Shown in pieces: positions 1 to 7,650 of a DNA stretch of 60,706 nucleotides. Origin of the DNA: an uncultured Bacteroidia bacterium (GTDB taxonomy: Bacteria > Bacteroidota > Bacteroidia > J057 > CALDDN01); NCBI GenBank assembly GCA_937936615.1, contig CALDDN010000015.1, positions 1-60,706 on the forward strand, in the 5' to 3' direction. Numbering within the stretch: position 1 is the first letter of the stretch; each line of letters opens with the position of its first letter. Made by a program: the position numbers and the translations under genes. The notes beneath the pieces are model-generated. The model had not been told where the DNA came from. It saw nothing but the letters and a program-made list of their open reading frames with translations, and made no database searches.

Positions 1-53
1 AGCAGCTCAGCCACAAACCTGCTCCCAAACTTGTCGCGACTTACACCCTCCGC

Positions 54-764
54 GTGGAAGAGCTGCAAGTAACTGTTTTACGTAAAAAGATCAAAAAACT
101 GTATCTGCGCGTCGCTCGCTCGGGTTCCCACGTCGAGGTCAGAGCCCCCGAGCACGTTAGCGATGCCTACATCGAGCAGGTGGTTCGGAAATGGATCGAC
201 TGGATTCGGACAAAGCTGCAACAGGAGACCCTGCGTCGCCCACCGCCGCGCTACGAATCGGGTGAGGAAATCAGGCTGCTGGGCCGCTCCTACCGACTGA
301 AAATCACGCATCGACCGGCGCAGAAACCGGCTGTCGAGCTGCAGAATTCATCGCTGATTCTATACCTCGACCCGGCAGGCAGCACAGCCACTCACCGCGA
401 AGCTGTCCTCTATGCATTCTATCGGCAGCAGCTGGAAATTACAATCCAACCCTTGATAAACTTCTGGCAGACCCGGACGGGCCTGCTGGCCCGCGAATGG
501 CGGCTCAAGCGCATGAAAACCCGCTGGGGCACCTGCAACCCCAAGGCCGGACGTATCTGGCTCAGCGTGGAGCTGGCCAAAGCAAGTCCCGCCTGTATTG
601 AATACGTCATCCTGCATGAAATTGCCCATCTCTACGAGCCGAGCCATAATCACCGCTTTCGCGACTTTATGAGCCACTACATGCCTGACTGGCGCGAACG
701 CCGCCAGCTGCTCAACCGGCACGATCGAACCGGTCGCGCAGCCGATGATGCCTTCAAAGAATGA
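54..764 (+). CDS. M48/YgjP-like (DUF45) zinc metallopeptidase-family protein
   Basis: 236 aa; MKTRWGTC segment and YVILHEIAHL..NH HExxH motif typical of YgjP/DUF45; GTG start. Confidence 0.85.
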   Translation: MEELQVTVLRKKIKKLYLRVARSGSHVEVRAPEHVSDAYIEQVVRKWIDWIRTKLQQETLRRPPPRYESGEEIRLLGRSYRLKITHRPAQKPAVELQNSSLILYLDPAGSTATHREAVLYAFYRQQLEITIQPLINFWQTRTGLLAREWRLKRMKTRWGTCNPKAGRIWLSVELAKASPACIEYVILHEIAHLYEPSHNHRFRDFMSHYMPDWRERRQLLNRHDRTGRAADDAFKE

Positions 765-1043
765 TCGATAAAACTCCCATATCGGATCGATGGGAAACAA
801 TCAACACCCCCGAAGAGGCAGCAGGCCCGAGGTTCGGCCCTTCCATGGCGTACAGGGCAAGCCCCGATCAGCTCGATATAAAAAGCTGAATAATCCGAAA
901 ACTAAGGGTACTGCAATGTTTATGCATTCAAGGTTCGAAATTTAAAGCAACGGTCGGTACGCTTAACCGCGAGTCGCAGCTTGATATTCTATTTTGTTGA
1001 ATAGCGGCTACGTGATATCCGTCGCAACACCCGCTCAAGACCG

Positions 1044-1574
1044 ATGCGCAGACTAAACGCCGATGAACTGAAGCGGCCTTCGGTAGAAGAGCTGGCACAG
1101 CTTCCCCGTTACCCGTTGGCTCTGGTACTCGACCAAGTACGCAGTGCTCTGAACGTCGGGTCGATCTTCCGCACGGCAGATGCCTTCCGGCTGGCGCACG
1201 TCCACTTATGCGGCATCACGGCCCACCCCCCACACCCTGAAATCCAGAAAACAGCTCTAGGTGCCACCGAGACGGTCCCTTGGACCTACTGGGCTGAAAC
1301 TACTGCATGCTTGGATGCCCTTTTGAAACAGAATCTGCAGGTAGCAGCACTGGAACAAACGGATTCGAGCATCGAGCTGGCAGTATTCAAGCCCCCCGAA
1401 ACGGGTCTGGCTCTGGTTGTCGGGCATGAAGTACGCGGGGTCTCGGACGACGCCTTGAAACGCTGCCAGACCGCTCTCGAAATTCCTCAGGCTGGAGCCA
1501 AACACAGCTTGAACGTGGCTGTTGCAGTGGGTATTGCCTGCTACGCGCTGATCGAGCGTCTCCGTCGGGTTTAG
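1044..1574 (+). CDS. SpoU/TrmH-family RNA 2'-O-methyltransferase
   Basis: SPOUT motifs LDQVRSALNVGSIFRTADAF, VGHEVRGVS, IPQAGAKHSLNVAVA. Confidence 0.9.
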   Translation: MRRLNADELKRPSVEELAQLPRYPLALVLDQVRSALNVGSIFRTADAFRLAHVHLCGITAHPPHPEIQKTALGATETVPWTYWAETTACLDALLKQNLQVAALEQTDSSIELAVFKPPETGLALVVGHEVRGVSDDALKRCQTALEIPQAGAKHSLNVAVAVGIACYALIERLRRV

Positions 1575-1707
1575 CAGCTCCGTTCAAAGCTAGGGCAATA
1601 CAAGGCGGGCGTGCGCCCACCTGCTGTGCGTGCGCTGTGGTGTACAGCAAACGCGATGTGCCTGAACAAACCTGTGGAAAAATGATACGTGAGGCCGTCA
1701 GTTGTTG

Positions 1708-1722
1708 CGACACGCTTTGTCG
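1708..1722. promoter_or_regulatory. Palindromic operator CGACA-CGCTT-TGTCG, candidate WYL-regulator binding site
   Basis: Perfect 5-bp inverted repeat with 5-bp spacer, 12 nt upstream of a TTACTTTG box, upstream of the WYL gene; resembles the CGAC-N7-GTCG type site I recall for the WYL activator DriD. Confidence 0.6.
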
Positions 1723-1734
1723 ATGGCCATAGCA

Positions 1735-1742
1735 TTACTTTG
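1735..1742 (+). promoter_or_regulatory. Bacteroidota -7 promoter box variant (TTACTTTG)
   Basis: One mismatch to TAnnTTTG; the same 8-mer lies directly upstream of glyQS (18492-18499, minus strand). Confidence 0.5.
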
Positions 1743-1937
1743 AAGAATAAGCCTGCCCGCAGGCAGCGGCCAATTGCTGCCCAGAGGCTACAGCTTCTTG
1801 CCGATTAATTAGAATTAAAAAAGCCAAAAAATTGTTAAAAGGGAAAATATTTTTACAAAACTTACGTATTTAAAAATATAAACACAAAAATTCCCTTCTA
1901 GCTGAAAGCTTTTTCTAGTTAGAGAGCAAGATTCACC

Positions 1938-2852
1938 ATGAAGAGCAACAACCACCAACTGATTCGCTGCGGGCTGATTTTGGAGTTATTTCGAAAGCAA
2001 TTCGGCTGCACCAAATCCGACTTGCTCCGTCATTTCGAGGAAAAAGGATTGCCTCGCGTCTCGAAGCGCACCCTGGAAAGAGATTTCGATTTGTTACGTG
2101 AACGCTTCAATGTCCGAATCCACTACGATCACCGCAACCGCTGGTACGTTCTCGACATTCCAAACGAGCAGGCCCGCGAGCAGCTGGCCACTCTGATAGC
2201 CATGTCGGCCCTGTGTGAAGACTTGCAGAGCGTAATCGAGGTACTGGAGGGCGCGACCGACAGCCTCCTGATCCGCAGTCCCGGCCAATACACAAGCCCA
2301 CGCTACCTGTTCTCTGTAGCCCGCAGCCTCAAAAAGAAATTTTCCCTGCGCGTCGAATATCGGTTCATCGAAACACGCGGCACCGAACGGCTGCTCGTAC
2401 AACCCCACCTGCTGATTTTTGAACCGGGGAGCTGGCAACTGGTGGCCTGGATCGAAACTGAGCAGCACTTCGTGAACCTGCAGCTCGAACGCATCATTCA
2501 TCTGGAAGAAACCCAGATTACTTTCCGTCGGCGCAGCATCGACCCACTGCTGCAGCATCACCGCCCGGCTGAGTCCAACTCCACAACTGGGCCACTGCTA
2601 CGCTTCCGCAGCAGTGAGTCGCTCTACTATCGCCTGGTTTTTCAGCCGCCATTTCATGGCTTGCGGATGTCGAATTTTAACGGGACTGCCGTTTGGGAGG
2701 CTCAGACGCCAAGCGAATCGGCGGCCGAACAGCTGATCGGTACATTTCTGACCGAAATCGACTTGATCGAACCCCTTACCCTGCGTAAATCGCTCGTCCG
2801 GCGCATGGAAAACCTTTTGGTACGTTGGACTGGCGAACTGTCCGCATCCTGA
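1938..2852 (+). CDS. HTH-WYL domain transcriptional regulator (YafY/PafC/DriD-like)
   Basis: N-terminal wHTH (VSKRTLERDFDLLR...IHYD...Y); WYL-like region (VEY...VQPHLL...WQLVAW...LERI); C-terminal WCX-like region (IEPLTLRKSL). Confidence 0.85.
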   Translation: MKSNNHQLIRCGLILELFRKQFGCTKSDLLRHFEEKGLPRVSKRTLERDFDLLRERFNVRIHYDHRNRWYVLDIPNEQAREQLATLIAMSALCEDLQSVIEVLEGATDSLLIRSPGQYTSPRYLFSVARSLKKKFSLRVEYRFIETRGTERLLVQPHLLIFEPGSWQLVAWIETEQHFVNLQLERIIHLEETQITFRRRSIDPLLQHHRPAESNSTTGPLLRFRSSESLYYRLVFQPPFHGLRMSNFNGTAVWEAQTPSESAAEQLIGTFLTEIDLIEPLTLRKSLVRRMENLLVRWTGELSAS

Positions 2853-2862
2853 AACGGCGGCG

Positions 2863-2870
2863 TATCTTTG
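2863..2870 (+). promoter_or_regulatory. -7 promoter box TATCTTTG, 4 nt before the EamA ATG
   Basis: Exact TAnnTTTG consensus. Confidence 0.6.
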
Positions 2871-2874
2871 TGCG

Positions 2875-3858
2875 ATGCTCCGCCCCTACCTGCGCCTTCA
2901 TGCTGCGATTGTGCTTTTCGGCTTTTCCGGCATCCTGGGCGATCTGATTCTTCTGCCCCCTACCCTGCTGGTTTTCTACCGCGTCCTGATCGCCCTAGCA
3001 GCCATGTCGGTGCTGTGGGCCGGACGGATGGCTGTGCTTCCCATTCGCGGCAACGGGCGGCTTTACCTCATGGGAGTGGTTTTGTGCCTGCACTGGCTGG
3101 CTTTTTTTGGGAGCATTCAGGCAGCCAATGTATCGGTAGCGGTTGTCTGTCTGGCTGGTGGGGCCTTGTTTGGAACGATCATCGAATCGCTGATCGAACG
3201 CCGGCGACCACCCTATCTGGATTTAGGCTTGGGTCTGGTAGCCTTGTTGGGCATGTATCTGCTCTACTCGTTTCAGGAGGTCTACGGCTGGGGCATATTG
3301 CTGGGTCTGGTTTCGGCCCTTTTCAGTGCCATTTACGGCGTGGGAAACAAGCCAATCATGCAACGCTACTCGGTGCAGTCGGTCAATTTCCACCAGATCG
3401 GTACATGCCTGCTGCTGCTGGCACCTGCCGTGCCAATTTACGGACTTGCATTCAATCAAACCTGGTACCCTACCGGTCTCGAGTGGCTTTATTTAGTGGG
3501 CCTGGGAGTAGGATGTTCGGTCGTGGCCAACCTGTTGAGTTTGGCCGCCTTGCGTGATATTCCCCCCTTCATCTACCTGCTTTCCTTTAATCTGGAATCG
3601 GTCTATTCTCTGATTCTGGCTACGTGGCTTCTAGACGAAAACCGAACCGCTAGCTGGGGCGAATGGACGGGTATGCTGCTGGTACTGGGAGCTGTCTTCG
3701 CCTACCCACTGTTCAAAAGCAAGCGTTTCTTAAGAAGAAAATCGATCGACGGTTCCTCTGCCAATGAAGCGATGGCTCAGCCAGACGAGAGCTTGGTGAG
3801 ATCAGGCCACCTTGAGCCGGTGGAGCGCAAGGAACTGGCAGACGCACTGCGCGATTGA
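2875..3858 (+). CDS. DMT/EamA-family transporter
   Basis: About 10 hydrophobic segments in two EamA-like halves; LHWLAFFGSI and NLESVY motifs. Confidence 0.85.
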   Translation: MLRPYLRLHAAIVLFGFSGILGDLILLPPTLLVFYRVLIALAAMSVLWAGRMAVLPIRGNGRLYLMGVVLCLHWLAFFGSIQAANVSVAVVCLAGGALFGTIIESLIERRRPPYLDLGLGLVALLGMYLLYSFQEVYGWGILLGLVSALFSAIYGVGNKPIMQRYSVQSVNFHQIGTCLLLLAPAVPIYGLAFNQTWYPTGLEWLYLVGLGVGCSVVANLLSLAALRDIPPFIYLLSFNLESVYSLILATWLLDENRTASWGEWTGMLLVLGAVFAYPLFKSKRFLRRKSIDGSSANEAMAQPDESLVRSGHLEPVERKELADALRD

Positions 3859-4578
3859 ATGGGCCTGCGCCTCCGAATAGAAAGGCTTCATCAGCTCTCT
3901 GATATGCTCAACTGTCGGCAAAGGAAGCTGCCCAGCTTGGAGGGCATTGCGAACCGAGCTTAGAATGGTGGTCGGACGCTTCTCGACCAATTTTTGGGCT
4001 TCGGTTTCAGGTTTGAATTTCGACTCTGATGCTTCTCGAGCCAAACGATGGTCGCGTTCGGCGATAGCCGTCAAGACCGCATCGAGCAGTTGAGGGTCTG
4101 TTTTGGATTGCGTCCCAATGAAATGAAACAGGACGTTGAACCAAGTGCGGGGGAGTTGATCGACCGAGGTTTCCAGTACTTCGATCTGGTCTGCCGGAAT
4201 AGCCCAGCGGCTGTAAAGAGCCTGCAAAAAGCCCTCTTCTTGACTCGATGGCTCATCCGAAGCGTGCAGCACCCGAATGATCAGGCCTAGCCCGCGGTAC
4301 CGGTCGATAGGGTCGGCCAGAGTCGATTCAGCTGCGTGAAAAAGCAGGCGTCCGCCACCCAACCGGTGCATTTGCCGGATGCGCTCATCCAGGTCCATAT
4401 GATCACGGCGGTTGATGCCGTGAGCTTTCAGGAAATCGATCTGCACCTTACGTTCGTTGGAAGTGATCTGCTCGTCGAGGAGCATGGCCAGAGAAGTCAG
4501 CGAGTAGGCAGCTTCGAGTTTGGTCAGTTCAGGCAGCTCACGGTCTGGCTGCTGGAACCAGCGTTCAAAGGAAATCAT
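3802..4578 (-). CDS. TerB-like domain protein with C-terminal extension
   Basis: LAMLLDEQITSNERKV and VLHASDEPSSQEEGFLQAL repeat the TerB (A)D-G-x3-E pattern; 3' end overlaps the EamA gene by 57 bp. Confidence 0.55.
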   Translation of the reverse strand: MISFERWFQQPDRELPELTKLEAAYSLTSLAMLLDEQITSNERKVQIDFLKAHGINRRDHMDLDERIRQMHRLGGGRLLFHAAESTLADPIDRYRGLGLIIRVLHASDEPSSQEEGFLQALYSRWAIPADQIEVLETSVDQLPRTWFNVLFHFIGTQSKTDPQLLDAVLTAIAERDHRLAREASESKFKPETEAQKLVEKRPTTILSSVRNALQAGQLPLPTVEHIRELMKPFYSEAQAHSIAQCVCQFLALHRLKVA

Positions 4579-4697
4579 GTGGATTCGAATTGCTTTCCTA
4601 AGTTAAGCAAATCTGCAGCCAAACTGTCCAGTGCCCTGCTTCTCGAGGGGCAAATGCCACGTGTATTTTTTTATTAGATAAAGCCTTAATTCACAAC

Positions 4698-6284
4698 TCA
4701 AGCGTTGCCGCTGTTCAAGGCACCAAAAACCTTGAAAAAACCGGTCGATCCACCAAGGACACAGGCTGTGGCAATCCCGCCCATCATAGCCCCGCCCACA
4801 ACGCCCATGGTTGCGGCATCGGTGCCCGTCAGGTAAAGATTACGGATAGGGGTATGCACGCCGATTTCCTCGAAAGCCAGGCGTTGGGGAGTAGCAGGCA
4901 AGCCGTAGATGGCTCCGCCTGCATGACCCGAAAAATGTTCAACGGAAAGGGGGGTTGCCAGCTCGGTATACTCGATCAGGTCGGCCAGACCTGGAATCGT
5001 CTGATCGATGTAGCGAATCAAGCCTTCGGTAATACGCTGTTTAAGGGCCTCGTAGTCACTGCCCCGACGCTTCCATTCAGTGTCGCGCCAGCGTTCGAAA
5101 GTTTTGGAAGAACAGGTGGCTATAACTTCAGCCGTATGATACTGAGCGGCAGGGTCTTTAAGTGAAGGAAAAGACAGGTAAGCATACATCGGATTGCCCT
5201 CCAGTAGACTATTCCACTGGGTCTCTTCCAGGGCATCGAGGTCGGTTCCCGAGTAAATCCAATAGTTTTCGCCGCGCAGGCCCAATACCATGGGATTAGA
5301 TTTGAAGCCAATGTAGAGCGAAACCACAGACCGATGCCCCTGCAGGTCTCTGATCTTCTGCCGAAAAGGTATGTCTACTGTTTCAGGGATCAAATTAAGA
5401 TAGGTAGTCACTGCACCGGCATCGGAAACAATACTAGGCGCATGAAAAACAGCTTCTTCCCGATTCTTTCCCTTCTGAATTGACACGCGAACCCCTTTGG
5501 CGGCACCGTTTTCAGTCAGAATTTCTTCAACGCGATGGCGCGTGCGGATTTCACCGCCTGCCGCTTCAATCGTTGGTGCGAATGCGTCGTAGACTGCCCG
5601 CCCACCACCCACCGGATACCAGCCTCCGTTCAGGTAGTGGCTCACGACAATTGCATGGGTTGCAAAGCTGCTTTGAGCCGGCGGCAAGCCATAGTCGCCC
5701 CACTGTGAGGCCAGCAGTGCACGCAGATTCGGGTTACTGAACCGGCTCTTGAGGTAATCGCCCGTAGTCAGGCTCCCCCATTTACGACTAAACCAAGCCA
5801 GCAGATTGACCGGCCCTGCAACAAGATCGGGCGCAAAGCCACCTATCATATGCTTGGCATGCCAGCTGCTGGCAGCTTTTAAATCCTCAAAGTATTGGGC
5901 TATAGCCGATTTTTCATCGGGGAAAAGCTCCTCCAGCTCTATCTGGAACTGTACGGGATGACTGGGTTGGGCATACCGGAAATCAGGATAGACGAAGTGG
6001 TCGAAGCGATAGGGCATGGCCTCGAACTTGAGCCGTCCATCCGTCAGGTAACGGAGCATTCGCCAGGTGCTGCCTCCGGGTTCGAGGCTACCTAGGTAAT
6101 GCAGCCCTACATCCCAGGTCCACTTGTGCTGGCGGCTGAATGAATGGGTAAAGCCTCCCGGTTCGTAATGCTGCTCTAAAATCAGCACTTTTTTCTGGTA
6201 AAGTTTAGACAGGATGGCTCCGCAAGTCAAGGCCCCTATCCCCGAGCCGATGAGGATCACATCGGCATCTGCGTAATTTTCCAC
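4698..6284 (-). CDS. Phytoene desaturase / retinol saturase-like FAD-dependent oxidoreductase
   Basis: IGSGIGAL Rossmann motif, EQHYEPGGFTHSF, WDVGLHY, YPVGG, ATPLS..GAIYG, NLYLTG. Confidence 0.85.
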   Translation of the reverse strand: MENYADADVILIGSGIGALTCGAILSKLYQKKVLILEQHYEPGGFTHSFSRQHKWTWDVGLHYLGSLEPGGSTWRMLRYLTDGRLKFEAMPYRFDHFVYPDFRYAQPSHPVQFQIELEELFPDEKSAIAQYFEDLKAASSWHAKHMIGGFAPDLVAGPVNLLAWFSRKWGSLTTGDYLKSRFSNPNLRALLASQWGDYGLPPAQSSFATHAIVVSHYLNGGWYPVGGGRAVYDAFAPTIEAAGGEIRTRHRVEEILTENGAAKGVRVSIQKGKNREEAVFHAPSIVSDAGAVTTYLNLIPETVDIPFRQKIRDLQGHRSVVSLYIGFKSNPMVLGLRGENYWIYSGTDLDALEETQWNSLLEGNPMYAYLSFPSLKDPAAQYHTAEVIATCSSKTFERWRDTEWKRRGSDYEALKQRITEGLIRYIDQTIPGLADLIEYTELATPLSVEHFSGHAGGAIYGLPATPQRLAFEEIGVHTPIRNLYLTGTDAATMGVVGGAMMGGIATACVLGGSTGFFKVFGALNSGNA

Positions 6285-6313
6285 GGTTGGTTAAGGTTAA
6301 TGGGGGTTGTTAT

Positions 6314-7633
6314 TCAATCGTAATAATTGATATGATGAAAGCCCACAATCCGGTGCTCGCGGTCAGCAGGGCTTTTGAGGTAAATCAGAAATGTGTAAGT
6401 GTTTTCAGTCTCAAAGTGACTGCCCTCAAAGTGGGTTTCATCGATCGACTTGAAAGAAGGATCGTGAACTACAAAATGATAGTTGTAAATACCTTGCTTC
6501 AACAAGATATCTCGATAATAATACCCTTGTGAATCGTAATTCAGGCGAAAGCGGGGATCGATTTTCCAGTCGCTCAGGGCACCAAACACATACACGCCAC
6601 CAACCGGAACTGGCGTCTTGGATTCGAGCAGGAATCGAACATGGACGTAATCCGCTTCCAGTTCCGTACCCGAGAGCTGACGCAGCCCGATGAAAAAATT
6701 ACCGTTAAAATCAGGCTCAGAAAAGTAGACTTTATTACCGCGTGGCTTGTCTACTTCCAGCTGGGCGAAGGTTCCCGAATCGGTCAAGGTGAGCTGGCGG
6801 AGCCGTCCACCCATGCGCTGCACGTTCCGTAAGTCGAAAAAACGGTACTCGTTGCCACCGGGGAAGTCGTTTGCCGCATCGAACCGGTATTCCATACGTT
6901 CAGGGTAAATGTAAGTCGGACGCAGATTGCACCGCCGAGTGTCCCAGCGGAAATTCTGCAGGACACATACCCGCGTATCGGAAAACGCATCATTGAGGTT
7001 GATCGACCCAGGAAAAACGTTAAAGTTCACCGATTGCAGCATGCGCCGTCCAGCCACATTGGGCGACAGCCCTAGATCGGGAGCAATCCGCACCAAAGGC
7101 TCGGCCACTACAAACCGCCGCGCAAGCACCAGCTGCTCGGCACGGTCTGCCGTCCGTACCTGGATCACATAGTTGCCGCTATGCAGGAAGGCTTCACCCG
7201 GCTGTGGAAAACTGTAATGGTAGTGAATGTAGGGGATCAGGGTATTGCGTGAAACCTGTGACTCGCGGAGCGGCGCATCGATAAAGCCCTGGTAGTAGTC
7301 CATCGGTAACAGGCTGCTGGGCCGCCAGTCGGGCGTGCAATGGACGATTCGTACACTAAACTGTCGAATCTGGGTGGAAAGCTCATCAAAATGGAGATGC
7401 AGCTGACCCGGCTTGCCCACCTCCAGAATAGGATAGCTGAGCTGGTTCTGATCGCGGTAGAGCTGGGGCGTACGAATCGACGGCAGGAAAACACTGTTGT
7501 CGCACTCAGGGGGCGGTTCCGAGGAACGTACTCCCTTTCGTTTTTGGGCCTGGACGTCCGGAATCGACAGCAACAGAAGCAGCCACAGAACCTGAATCTG
7601 TGGCTGCCGCAGGGTCCGAAACAATAACAACAC
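6314..7633 (-). CDS. DUF5103-domain protein (T9SS plug-like)
   Basis: Signal peptide; LHFDEL, HC..DW.PS, SRNT..Y.HY, SGNY, QN.RW, GGNEYR.FD, LKQG.YNY, EGSHFETENTY motifs. Confidence 0.8.
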   Translation of the reverse strand: MLLLFRTLRQPQIQVLWLLLLLSIPDVQAQKRKGVRSSEPPPECDNSVFLPSIRTPQLYRDQNQLSYPILEVGKPGQLHLHFDELSTQIRQFSVRIVHCTPDWRPSSLLPMDYYQGFIDAPLRESQVSRNTLIPYIHYHYSFPQPGEAFLHSGNYVIQVRTADRAEQLVLARRFVVAEPLVRIAPDLGLSPNVAGRRMLQSVNFNVFPGSINLNDAFSDTRVCVLQNFRWDTRRCNLRPTYIYPERMEYRFDAANDFPGGNEYRFFDLRNVQRMGGRLRQLTLTDSGTFAQLEVDKPRGNKVYFSEPDFNGNFFIGLRQLSGTELEADYVHVRFLLESKTPVPVGGVYVFGALSDWKIDPRFRLNYDSQGYYYRDILLKQGIYNYHFVVHDPSFKSIDETHFEGSHFETENTYTFLIYLKSPADREHRIVGFHHINYYD

Positions 7634-7650
7634 AAGCAGGTGATTGGGGT

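Noticed and set aside
880-945. CCTTGAA/TTCAAGG motif as a possible 6S RNA
   Set aside because: Only a short match; no long closing stem and not in the usual zapA-linked context
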